In this document: positions 10,322-19,027 of the stretch, piece after piece
Position numbering within the stretch: position 1 is the stretch's first letter
How the letters are laid out: each line of letters begins with the position of its first letter
NCBI GenBank assembly: GCA_022824305.1
Contig: JAJEAD010000089.1
Span: 81,756-105,755, forward strand
Direction of reading: 5' to 3'
Length of the DNA stretch: 24,000 nt
DNA from: Gammaproteobacteria bacterium
GTDB taxonomy: Bacteria; Pseudomonadota; Gammaproteobacteria; HK1
Notes under the pieces: model-generated
The model's database searches: none
Told to the model about the DNA's origin: nothing
Seen by the model: the letters and a program-made list of their open reading frames with translations, nothing else
Position numbers and translations under genes: made by a program

Positions 10322-12298
10322 GTGGAATTGACGGATCTCTACGTCTGGGTGGTGCTGGCTCCGCTGATCGGCTCGGTCATTGCCGGCGTGTTCGGAAAGT
10401 CCATAGGAAGGGCGGGGGCGCACTGGGCCTGCATCCTCGGAGTGGGCGTCTCGACGCTCATCTCGGGCGCCGCCTTCGGCCATATCGTGCTCGAAGGGGG
10501 AGCCGCCTTTGAGAGCACCCTCTACCACTGGGGCAGGGTCGGAGACCTGACCCTGGAGATCGGGTTCCTCGTCGACCCGTTGAGCGCGACCATGATGTTC
10601 GTGGTGTCCTTCGTTTCGCTCATGGTGCACATCTACACCATCGGATACATGCGCGACGATCCGGGCTACCAGCGATTCTTCAGCTACATCGCCCTGTTCA
10701 CCTTCGCGATGCTCATGCTGTGCATGTCGAACAACTTCCTGCAGCTCTTCTTCGGGTGGGAAGCGGTCGGCGTCGTCTCCTACCTCCTCATCGGCTTCTG
10801 GTTCCAGCGCGAGTCCGCCATACGCGCCAACCTGAAGGCGTTTCTCGTGAACCGGATCGGGGATCTCGGCTTCCTGCTCGGGGTCGCGGCGGTGCTGTTC
10901 TACTTCGGCACTCTGCGCTACTCCGAGGTATTCGAGCTGGCGCCCTCGCTTCAGGGGGCGACGTTGAGCATCTTTCCCGGTGCGGACTGGTCCGTCGCCA
11001 GCCTGATATGCATCCTGCTCTTCATGGGAGCGATGGGAAAGTCCGCCCAGTTTCCCCTGCACGTCTGGCTTCCCGATTCCATGGAGGGGCCGACGCCCAT
11101 CTCCGCGCTGATCCACGCCGCCACCATGGTCACCGCGGGAATATTCATGGTGGCGCGCATGTCTCCTCTTTTCGAGCAGTCGGAGACCGCGCTCAGCGTG
11201 GTGCTCGTCGTCGGCGCAATCACTGCGCTGTTCATGGGGCTCCTGGGCCTGGTCCAGAACGACATCAAGCGGGTCGTCGCCTACTCGACTCTCTCGCAGC
11301 TCGGCTACATGGCGGTGGCGCTGGGCGCCTCGGCCTACGCGGCCGCGATCTTCCATCTCGTCACCCATGCCTTCTTCAAGGCTCTGCTCTTCCTTGCCGC
11401 CGGCTCCGTGATCATCGCTCTCCATCACAACCAGGACATGCGCAGCATGGGGGGCCTGCGCAAGTACATGCCCGTGACGTGGATCACCTCTCTGCTCGGG
11501 TCACTCGCGCTCATCGGGTTCCCGGGCTTTGCGGGGTTCTTCTCCAAGGACGCGATCATCGAAGCGGTGCACCTCTCCGAGGTGCCGGGGCATGACTTCG
11601 CCTACTGGTGCGTGGTGATCGGAGTGTTCGTCACCGCACTGTACAGCTTCCGACTCTACTTTCTCGTGTTCCACGGAAAGGAACGGATGGACGAACACGC
11701 CCGCGAGCACCTTCACGAGTCGCCCTGGGTGGTCACCGTGCCGCTGGTGCTGCTCGCGATTCCGTCGGTGCTGATCGGCTGGATAGGCATCGAGCCGATG
11801 CTCTTCGGCGACCATTTCGGTGACAGCCTGTTCGTGCTTTCCGAGCACGACGTACTCGCCCGGCTCGGCGACAGCTACCGCGGAGAGGCGGCTTTCATCG
11901 GGCATGCGTTCGCGACGCCGCCGCTCTACCTGGCCCTCGCCGGAGTCGCCTGCGCATGGTACTTCTACATGGTGCGCCCGGATTTGCCTGCGCTCTGCGC
12001 GAGGCGACTTGCCCCGGTCCATTCGGTGCTCGTGCACAAGTACGGCTTCGACCTGCTCTACGAAGAGGTGTTGGCGCGAATCGGCCGGGGCCTGGGCAGC
12101 CTCTTCTGGCGGATCGGCGACCGGATTCTCATCGACGGGATGCTCGTCAACGGTTCCGCCCGGGTCGTCGGATGGTTCTCCAGCCTGATTCGCCAACTCC
12201 AGACGGGATTTCTGTACACCTACGCGTTCGCCATGATCATCGGCCTGGTGGCCTTGATGAGCCTTTTCGTCTTCCTCCGCATGCAGGGTCATTCCTGA
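10322..12298 (+). CDS. nuoL: NADH-quinone oxidoreductase subunit L
   Basis: 658 aa antiporter-like subunit with FFGWEAVGVVSYLLIGFW, GAMGKSAQFPLHVWLPDSMEGPTPISALIHAATMV. GTG start. Confidence 0.95.
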   Translation: MELTDLYVWVVLAPLIGSVIAGVFGKSIGRAGAHWACILGVGVSTLISGAAFGHIVLEGGAAFESTLYHWGRVGDLTLEIGFLVDPLSATMMFVVSFVSLMVHIYTIGYMRDDPGYQRFFSYIALFTFAMLMLCMSNNFLQLFFGWEAVGVVSYLLIGFWFQRESAIRANLKAFLVNRIGDLGFLLGVAAVLFYFGTLRYSEVFELAPSLQGATLSIFPGADWSVASLICILLFMGAMGKSAQFPLHVWLPDSMEGPTPISALIHAATMVTAGIFMVARMSPLFEQSETALSVVLVVGAITALFMGLLGLVQNDIKRVVAYSTLSQLGYMAVALGASAYAAAIFHLVTHAFFKALLFLAAGSVIIALHHNQDMRSMGGLRKYMPVTWITSLLGSLALIGFPGFAGFFSKDAIIEAVHLSEVPGHDFAYWCVVIGVFVTALYSFRLYFLVFHGKERMDEHAREHLHESPWVVTVPLVLLAIPSVLIGWIGIEPMLFGDHFGDSLFVLSEHDVLARLGDSYRGEAAFIGHAFATPPLYLALAGVACAWYFYMVRPDLPALCARRLAPVHSVLVHKYGFDLLYEEVLARIGRGLGSLFWRIGDRILIDGMLVNGSARVVGWFSSLIRQLQTGFLYTYAFAMIIGLVALMSLFVFLRMQGHS

Positions 12299-12326
12299 AT
12301 CCGGTTTTCCCGGAACGGCGCCGACA

Positions 12327-13844
12327 ATGCCCGAACTCCCGTTGTTGAGCCTGCTGATCTGGCTGCCCATCGCCGGGGCATGCTGGGTTCTGATCGCGGG
12401 AGAGCGCGGAGGCGCGGCGCGATCGATCGCGTTCGCGGTCGCGCTGGTCACGTTGCTGGTGTCCATTCCGCTCTACACGGGCTTCGAGACCGACACCCAC
12501 GAGATGCAGTTCGAGGAGTACGCGACCTGGATCGACGCCTACCGGATTCACTATCACCTCGGCGTCGACGGCATCTCGTTGCCGCTCATCCTCCTGACCA
12601 CTTTCACCACCGTGCTCGTGGTGCTCGCGGGGTGGGATGTCATCACCCGCCGCCAGGCCCAGTACATGGCGGCGCTGCTCTTCCAGGAAGGGTTCATGAT
12701 CGGCGCCTTCGCGTCCCTGGACTCGATCCTGTTCTACGTGTTCTGGGAAGCGCAGCTCATACCGATGTTCATCATCATCGGAGTCTGGGGCGGACCGCGC
12801 CGCATCTACGCCACCATCAAGTTCTTTCTCTACACCTTCCTCGGTTCGGTGCTGATGCTCGTCGCGCTGCTCTACCTCTACCGGGAAGCCGGCTCCTTCG
12901 CGATCCTCGATCTCCATCACCTGCGCCTCGGACTGACCCCCCAGATCCTCGTGTTCATCGCGTTCCTGCTCGCCTTCGCGGTCAAGGTGCCCATGTGGCC
13001 GGTGCATACCTGGCTGCCGGACGCCCACGTCGAGGCGCCTACCGGGGGGTCGGTCATCCTGGCGGCCATCATGCTGAAGCTGGGCGGCTACGGATTCCTG
13101 CGTTTCAGCCTGCCGATCGCCCCCGATGCGAGCAGCGAGCTCGACTGGCTGCTCATCGCGCTCTCGCTGATTGCCGTGGTCTACATCGGCTTCGTGGCGA
13201 TCGTGCAGCCCGACATGAAGAAGCTCATCGCCTATTCCTCCGTCGCCCACATGGGATTCGCGACGCTCGGCTTCTTTCTCGTGTTCCGGCTCCTCGATGC
13301 CGGTGACGTGCAGGGTGCGATGCTCGGAGTGCAGGGAGGCATGATCCAGATGATCTCCCACGGCTTCATCTCCGGGGCGCTCTTTCTGTGCGTGGGCGTG
13401 ATGTACGACCGCCTGCACAGCAGGGAGATCGGAGACTACGGCGGGGTGGTGAACACCATGCCCGTCTTCGCCGCCTTCATGATGCTCTTCGCGCTGGCGA
13501 ATTCCGGCCTGCCGGGGACGTCGGGTTTCGTCGGCGAGTTCCTCGTCATTCTGAGCAGCTTCAAGGCGAACTTCTGGATAGCCTTCCTCGCGGCGACCAC
13601 TCTCGTTCTGGGGGCGGCCTACTCGTTGTGGATGTACAAGCGCGTGATCTACGGGCCGGTCGCCAACGAAGGGGTTGCGTCGCTCAGCGATCTGAACCGG
13701 CGCGAGTTCGCCATTCTGGGCGCGCTTGCCATCGCGGTGCTCGTCTTCGGAATCTGGCCGGCGCCTCTTCTCGACCTGATGGAACCGACGGTCCGCCATC
13801 TCGTCGAGCACGTCGGGCAATCGAAGCTCGGTCCGGGTCTCTAG
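12327..13844 (+). CDS. nuoM: NADH-quinone oxidoreductase subunit M
   Basis: 505 aa with FAVKVPMWPVHTWLPDAHVEAPTGGSVILAAIMLKLGGYG (ND4 family). Confidence 0.95.
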   Translation: MPELPLLSLLIWLPIAGACWVLIAGERGGAARSIAFAVALVTLLVSIPLYTGFETDTHEMQFEEYATWIDAYRIHYHLGVDGISLPLILLTTFTTVLVVLAGWDVITRRQAQYMAALLFQEGFMIGAFASLDSILFYVFWEAQLIPMFIIIGVWGGPRRIYATIKFFLYTFLGSVLMLVALLYLYREAGSFAILDLHHLRLGLTPQILVFIAFLLAFAVKVPMWPVHTWLPDAHVEAPTGGSVILAAIMLKLGGYGFLRFSLPIAPDASSELDWLLIALSLIAVVYIGFVAIVQPDMKKLIAYSSVAHMGFATLGFFLVFRLLDAGDVQGAMLGVQGGMIQMISHGFISGALFLCVGVMYDRLHSREIGDYGGVVNTMPVFAAFMMLFALANSGLPGTSGFVGEFLVILSSFKANFWIAFLAATTLVLGAAYSLWMYKRVIYGPVANEGVASLSDLNRREFAILGALAIAVLVFGIWPAPLLDLMEPTVRHLVEHVGQSKLGPGL

Positions 13845-13856
13845 GGGAAAGGGATC

Positions 13857-15293
13857 ATGCCCTTCGTCACGCCCGAGTTCCTTCCCGCTCTTCCGGAGAT
13901 CCTGCTCGCGGTCATGGCGTGCCTGGTCCTCCTCGTGGATCTCTACTTCGGTCGCCGGCACCCGTCCTGGGTGTTTCTGCTCGCCCAGGCCTCCCTCGTG
14001 CTGTGCGCGCTGCTGTGCATCGCGCTCTATCCCGAAGAGCCGACAACGACCTTCAACGGCACCTTCAGGAGCGACGGAATGAGTGCGGTGCTCAAGGTCT
14101 TCATGATCCTCGTCACCTACTTCGTTCTCTTCTATTCCAAGTTCTATCTCGACGTGCGGGACCTCTTCAAGGGCGAGTACTTCGTGCTCTCGCTCTTCGC
14201 GGTGCTCGGGATGATGATCCTGGTCTCCGCCGCCAGCCTGCTGACCCTGTATCTCGGCCTCGAGCTGATGGCCCTGTGTCTCTACGCCCTGGTGGCGCTG
14301 AACCGGGAGTCGTCGATGGCTTCCGAAGCGGCGATGAAGTACTTCGTGCTCGGCGCGCTCGCCTCGGGCACGCTGCTCTACGGCATGTCGCTTCTCTACG
14401 GCGTGACGGGGTCCCTGGAGCTCGATCGAATCCGCGAGTACCAGTCCGTGGGAGGGGAGATCGACATCATCCTGGTGCTCGGGCTGGTGTTCATCGTCGT
14501 GGGCGTCGCGTTCAAGCTCGGGGCGGCGCCCTTCCACATGTGGGTTCCGGACGTCTACGAAGGCGCGCCCACCTCGGTGACCCTGTTCGTCGGCACCGCT
14601 CCCAAGATCGCCGCGTTCGGCATGCTGATGCGTCTGCTGGTGGATGGGCTTGCCGGCGTGCAGGGCGACTGGATCGAGATGTTGACGATCCTCTCGGTCC
14701 TGTCGATGGCGGTCGGCAACATCATCGCGATCGCGCAGACCAACCTGAAGCGAATGCTCGCCTACTCCACGATCGCGCACGTGGGCTTCCTGCTTCTCGG
14801 GATCATTGCCGGTACCCGCGCCGGTTACGCGGCTTCGATGTTCTACGTGATCGTCTACGCGCTGATGGGCCTGGGGGCCTTCGGCATGATCATCGTGCTC
14901 GGAAGCAAGGGCTTCGAGTCCGACCGGCTGGACGACTTCCGCGGACTGAACGAGCGCAGTCCGTGGCTCGCTTTCCTGGTCCTGGTGCTCATGCTCTCGA
15001 TGGCGGGAGTGCCGCCCTTCGTCGGCTTCTGGGCGAAGTGGTCGGTGCTGCGCGAAGTCGTGGCGGCGGACCAGGTGTGGCTCGCCACGGTGGCGGTGGT
15101 GCTCGCCGTGATCGGGCTGTTCTACTACCTGCGCGTCGTGCGTCTCGTCTACTTCGAGGAGGGGCAGGAGGCTGCCCCTCTCGTCTGCGGCACCGACGTC
15201 AAGGTCATGATCAGCACCAACGCGCTGGCGATCCTCGCGCTCGGAGTGTACCCGAGCGCCCTGCTCGCACTGTGCGTCACCGCGCTCGGTTAG
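13857..15293 (+). CDS. nuoN: NADH-quinone oxidoreductase subunit N
   Basis: 478 aa with AFKLGAAPFHMWVPDVYEGAPTSVTLF and LKRMLAYSTIAHVGF (ND2 family). It is the last gene of the operon. Confidence 0.95.
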   Translation: MPFVTPEFLPALPEILLAVMACLVLLVDLYFGRRHPSWVFLLAQASLVLCALLCIALYPEEPTTTFNGTFRSDGMSAVLKVFMILVTYFVLFYSKFYLDVRDLFKGEYFVLSLFAVLGMMILVSAASLLTLYLGLELMALCLYALVALNRESSMASEAAMKYFVLGALASGTLLYGMSLLYGVTGSLELDRIREYQSVGGEIDIILVLGLVFIVVGVAFKLGAAPFHMWVPDVYEGAPTSVTLFVGTAPKIAAFGMLMRLLVDGLAGVQGDWIEMLTILSVLSMAVGNIIAIAQTNLKRMLAYSTIAHVGFLLLGIIAGTRAGYAASMFYVIVYALMGLGAFGMIIVLGSKGFESDRLDDFRGLNERSPWLAFLVLVLMLSMAGVPPFVGFWAKWSVLREVVAADQVWLATVAVVLAVIGLFYYLRVVRLVYFEEGQEAAPLVCGTDVKVMISTNALAILALGVYPSALLALCVTALG

Positions 15294-16183
15294 CCCTTTT
15301 CTCCTGCCGATCCGCGAAGCGGCGTTGCGAAGGTGCCGCCAGGGCCGAGGCGCGCAACGCGCTCACCGACCCTGATCGCGCGACCGGGCGCGAGCCCGGA
15401 TTCCCATTCGACCCCGAGCTCGGGACCGAACAACGCGATCACCGTCGACCCCATGTTGAAGCGGCCCATCTCGCCGCACTTCCCGAGAGCCGGCGGGGAG
15501 GCGTGGGAGCGGTAGTCGCGAACTTCCGTGCCGTGCCCTCGCGGCGGAGTCATCGGTCCGCACCAGGCCTGCTCGATGCCTCCCACGAACAGAGCGCCGA
15601 CCATGATCACGGCAAAGGAGCCGAGCTCTCCCTCGAAGAGCGAGGCGACCCTCTCGTTGCGCGTGAAGAGATTCGGGACGCGGCGGGTGTTTTCCGTCCC
15701 TACACTGAAGAGACGGCCAGGGACGTGCACCGTCTCGCAAAGCGTGCCCGAGAGCGGCATGTGCACCCGGTGATAGTTGCCGGGCGCGAGGTAGATGGTC
15801 AGAAAGCTGCCTCCCTCGAATCGGGCGCTTCGGAGCTCCGAGCCGCCAAGAAGGCGGCGGAGCGAATACCTGATTCCCTTTGCCTGGATCAGTGAGTCAT
15901 CACGTATCCGTCCGAGCTGCCCCAGGCGGCCGTCGGCGGGGGAGGCCACGCTGTCCCCGGCGGCGTCGAAGGGCCTGGCGCCAGGACGCAAGGGTCGGGT
16001 GAAGAAGGTGTTGAAGTCCGGGTACTGCGCGGGATGGGGGAGCAGCGCTTCGGACAAATCCACGCCGTATCGACGGACGAACCAGCGGATTTGCCAGTTC
16101 TTCCAGGGCCGAAAGCGGATGCGGGTTGCGCGGTACATCAGCGCGCCCAGCAAGCGTTGCGGGTAGAGATGCTGGAGCATCAC
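15290..16183 (-). CDS. psd: Phosphatidylserine decarboxylase proenzyme
   Basis: 297 aa with FNTFFTRPLRPGARP, YLAPGNYHRVHMP, NLFTRNERV and the self-cleavage site GRFNMGSTV. The start is GTG at 16183 or the adjacent ATG at 16180. Confidence 0.92.
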   Translation of the reverse strand: MMLQHLYPQRLLGALMYRATRIRFRPWKNWQIRWFVRRYGVDLSEALLPHPAQYPDFNTFFTRPLRPGARPFDAAGDSVASPADGRLGQLGRIRDDSLIQAKGIRYSLRRLLGGSELRSARFEGGSFLTIYLAPGNYHRVHMPLSGTLCETVHVPGRLFSVGTENTRRVPNLFTRNERVASLFEGELGSFAVIMVGALFVGGIEQAWCGPMTPPRGHGTEVRDYRSHASPPALGKCGEMGRFNMGSTVIALFGPELGVEWESGLAPGRAIRVGERVARLGPGGTFATPLRGSAGEKG

Positions 16184-16321
16184 GAGGGCACGGTCATCGC
16201 CGTCATGCCTTCGTCCTCACCGGGGCCTCGCATGTCAGCGCCCGCGCCACGGATTGCCGCGGTCGGAGGGAATCCCTCCGGTCGAAGCCCCTGCCGCCTG
16301 CAGCAGGAGCTTCGGGTGAAT

Positions 16322-16397
<76 letters not shown>

Positions 16398-16535
16398 GGT
16401 GACTGATTCGATGCAGATTCAATGTTACCCCGGGGCAGTGCGGAGTGTCATCTCGACGGGTACTCACCCCCCCGTTCTTGTTGCTGGCACCGGGTCGCGC
16501 GGATACCATCGAGAGCCCGCTCCGGGCCCACCACC

Positions 16536-17498
16536 ATGCATGATCCGCTGCCGCTGCTCACTCCTTCGGACTTTCCTCCTCTGCGCCGCGCAGCACTCGA
16601 AACCGTCCAGGTCAATCTGGGCTATCGGTGCAACCTGAGTTGCGTCCATTGCCATGTCTCGGCCGGCCCCAACCGCACCGAGGAAATGGACGGCGCGACG
16701 GCGGAGCAGGTGTTGCGCTACCTCGAGCTGTCTTCCGCGCATACCCTGGATCTGACCGGTGGCGCGCCGGAGCTCAATCCCCACTTTCGGGCAATGGTGA
16801 GACGGGCGCGGGAGCTCGGGCGGCAGGTGATCGACCGCTGCAATCTCACCATCCTCGAGGAGCCCGGCCATGAAGACCTGGCGGCGTTTCTCGCTTCGCA
16901 CGGGGTCCGGGTCGTCGCTTCCCTCCCATGCTACGAGGAAGAGAACGTCGCGAGGCAGCGTGGCGGCGGCGTGTTCGACGCCAGTATCCGCGCCATCCGG
17001 CGCCTGAACGATCTCGGCTACGGAAAGGAAGACGGGGAGCTCAGTCTCGATCTTGTGTTCAACCCCCAAGGCACCAGTCTCCCGCCGGACCAGCGGGAGA
17101 TGGAAGCCAGGTACAAGCAGGTTCTGTGGGATCGCTACGGCATCCGATTCAATGACCTGTTGACGCTTGCCAACATGCCGGTCGGCCGTTTCGGCAGCGT
17201 GCTCATCTCCAGGAAGGAGTTCCACGACTACCTGCACCAGCTCAAGTCCGCGCACCGGCATTCCAACCTCGAGTCGGTGATGTGCCGTACCCTCATCAGC
17301 ATCGATTGGCAGGGCTACGTCTACGACTGCGACTTCAACCAGATGCTGGGGCTCCCGCTGAGGATGAACGGGTCGCTGCGGACCCATCTCTCCGATCTCT
17401 TCGACGAGGACTTGCCGGGACATCGAATCGCGGTGCGCGCTCACTGCTACGGCTGCACCGCGGGGCAGGGCAGCAGTTGCGGCGGCGCCCTCGCCTGA
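16536..17498 (+). CDS. Radical SAM / Cys-rich C-terminal domain protein (ArsS-like, rSAM_SeCys family, all-Cys form)
   Basis: 320 aa from the ATG at 16536. VNLGYRCNLSCVHCHV carries the CX3CX2C motif (16629-16652), followed by LTGGAPELNP. The C-terminus is HCYGCTAGQGSSCGG. The longer ORF from 16422 is possible but adds a non-conserved-looking leader. Confidence 0.85.
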   Translation: MHDPLPLLTPSDFPPLRRAALETVQVNLGYRCNLSCVHCHVSAGPNRTEEMDGATAEQVLRYLELSSAHTLDLTGGAPELNPHFRAMVRRARELGRQVIDRCNLTILEEPGHEDLAAFLASHGVRVVASLPCYEEENVARQRGGGVFDASIRAIRRLNDLGYGKEDGELSLDLVFNPQGTSLPPDQREMEARYKQVLWDRYGIRFNDLLTLANMPVGRFGSVLISRKEFHDYLHQLKSAHRHSNLESVMCRTLISIDWQGYVYDCDFNQMLGLPLRMNGSLRTHLSDLFDEDLPGHRIAVRAHCYGCTAGQGSSCGGALA

Positions 17499-18208
17499 GC
17501 GCGGAGATCCATCGTTCGCAGGGGGCGCTGCGACTCTCCATCGTCGTTCCCGTCCTCGATGATGCGGCGGCGCTGCGGGATCGGAGCGACGAGCTGCGGG
17601 CCCTGGGAGGCGCGGTCCACGAGGTGATCATCGTGGACGGGGGCAGCACCGACGACAGCTTCGAGATCTCCCGCACTCTCACCCGCAAGTGCTTCTCGAC
17701 CGGCCAGGGACGCTCGCGGCAGATGAACGAAGGAGCGAGGAGAGCGAGCGGGGACGTGCTCGTCTTCCTGCACGCGGATACGCGCCTCCCGAAAGGCGCG
17801 CCACGTCGGCTGGCGCAGGCGCTGGCGGACTCGAACGCGCTCTGGGGCCGTTTTGACGTGCGCCTTTCCGGCGAGCACTGGATGTTCCGGGTGATCGAAG
17901 GGGCGATGAACTGGCGATCGCGGCTCACCGGCATCGCTACCGGGGACCAGGCGATCTTCGTGCGCAAGGTCGCGTTCGAGAGGGCGGGGGGATTTCCCCT
18001 CATCCCCCTCATGGAGGATGTCGCGCTCAGCCGGAAGCTGCGCCGCCTGGCAAGGCCGGTCTGCCTGCGTGAGCGCGTCGTGACTTCGAGCCGCCGTTGG
18101 CAGCGCGACGGGATACTGAGGACCGTTCTGCTGATGTGGTGCTTACGTCTCGCATACGCGCTGGGCGCGGACCCGGGGCTTCTCCACCGCGTCTACTACC
18201 GGAGTTGA
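17477..18208 (+). CDS. GT-A/GT2-like glycosyltransferase (transferase 2, rSAM-associated type)
   Basis: LSIVVPVLDD, IIVDGGSTDDS, VLVFLHADTRLP and ATGDQAIFVRK motifs. There is no in-frame ATG or GTG between the upstream gene's stop and the first conserved strand. The TTG at 17477 is proposed; CTG at 17495 and 17528 are alternatives. Confidence 0.75.
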   Translation: MRRRPRLSAEIHRSQGALRLSIVVPVLDDAAALRDRSDELRALGGAVHEVIIVDGGSTDDSFEISRTLTRKCFSTGQGRSRQMNEGARRASGDVLVFLHADTRLPKGAPRRLAQALADSNALWGRFDVRLSGEHWMFRVIEGAMNWRSRLTGIATGDQAIFVRKVAFERAGGFPLIPLMEDVALSRKLRRLARPVCLRERVVTSSRRWQRDGILRTVLLMWCLRLAYALGADPGLLHRVYYRS

Positions 18209-18912
18209 GAACGGACTTGTCGCTCCGTGCGCTCCCGCTGCCGTCCGTGCCGGTCAGTGTCTTCGCCCGCGCGCCGGTGCCCGGGCGGACCAAGACGCGC
18301 CTGATTCCGGTCCTCGGAGCGCGGCGGGCCGCCGAACTGGCGGCGCGGATGACCCGCCTGACTCTCGAGCGCGCGGCGGAGGCCGACCTGGGACCGCTCA
18401 CGCTCTGGTGTGCCCCGGGCCCCGACGCATTCCTGCGCGCCCTCGCCGAGGAGTTCGGCGCCGGACTCCGAACACAACCGGGCGGGGACCTGGGCAGTCG
18501 CATGCACCATGCACTGCGCTGGGCGCTCGAGGGACATCCCGCGGCGGTTCTGGTCGGAAGCGACTGTCCCTTCCTTTCGGCCGAAGACCTTCGCAGGACG
18601 CGCTCCCTGCTCCTCGAAGGAAGCAGCCGGGCGGTGATCGGGCCCGCCTGCGACGGCGGCTACTACCTCATCGCCTTGCGCGAAGTCGACGAGTCGCTCT
18701 TCGAAGGTGTCCCCTGGGGAGGAGAGAGGGTGCTGGAAGTCACACGCCGTCGCCTGAAGCGCCTCGGCTGGCGCTGGGAAGAGCTCGCCTCGAGACCCGA
18801 CGTCGACCGTCCCGGCGACCTCGTCCACGTGAAGGATCTCCTCTCGTCGTCGGGAGAGCCCCCTGCGCGCGGGCGAGCCGGGCGCGACGGGCATTCGGAT
18901 GCGGGCGTCTGA
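18205..18912 (+). CDS. DUF2064 / CofC-MobA-like nucleotidyltransferase-fold protein (transferase 1, rSAM-associated type)
   Basis: VFARAPVPGRTKTRL, VLVGSDCPFLSAEDL and IGPACDGGYYLIAL motifs. The start is uncertain: TTG at 18205 (overlaps the upstream TGA), TTG at 18217 (GGAG 12 nt upstream) or GTG at 18247. Confidence 0.75.
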   Translation: MRTDLSLRALPLPSVPVSVFARAPVPGRTKTRLIPVLGARRAAELAARMTRLTLERAAEADLGPLTLWCAPGPDAFLRALAEEFGAGLRTQPGGDLGSRMHHALRWALEGHPAAVLVGSDCPFLSAEDLRRTRSLLLEGSSRAVIGPACDGGYYLIALREVDESLFEGVPWGGERVLEVTRRRLKRLGWRWEELASRPDVDRPGDLVHVKDLLSSSGEPPARGRAGRDGHSDAGV

Positions 18913-18936
18913 GTCGGGGAAGGGAAGGTCAGGGAT

Positions 18937-19008
18937 TCGAATTCAGAATGGAAGGTAATATAAAACAATAAGATAGATTCCTTTCATAATCTATTTTATT
19001 GAATTCGA
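18937..19008. repeat. Inverted repeat TCGAATTCA / TGAATTCGA bracketing the AT-rich island
   Basis: The 9-nt arms lie at 18937-18945 and 19000-19008 and are perfect reverse complements. Each contains GAATTC. The interior is about 20-25% G+C by hand count. Confidence 0.5.
18971..18996. repeat. AT-rich hairpin/palindrome AGATAGATT-N8-AATCTATTT
   Basis: The potential stem is 9 bp (one G-U if RNA) with an 8-nt loop CCTTTCAT and T-rich 3' flank. This could be a weak terminator for the upstream cassette or a protein-binding palindrome. Confidence 0.35.
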
Positions 19009-19027
19009 GGCAAGTCGGGGCTAAGCT
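18999..19027 (+). promoter_or_regulatory. Candidate sigma70-type promoter for mrcB
   Basis: TTGAAT (18999-19004), a 17-nt spacer, then TAAGCT (19022-19027), 30 nt upstream of the mrcB ATG. The match is weak and rests on motif reading only. Confidence 0.25.

Noticed and set aside
16484-16498. A TGGCAC motif upstream of the rSAM gene that resembles a sigma54 -24 element.
   Set aside because: The downstream element reads TCGC rather than TTGC, and the GG-to-GC spacing is 11 rather than 12. This is not convincing without experimental data.
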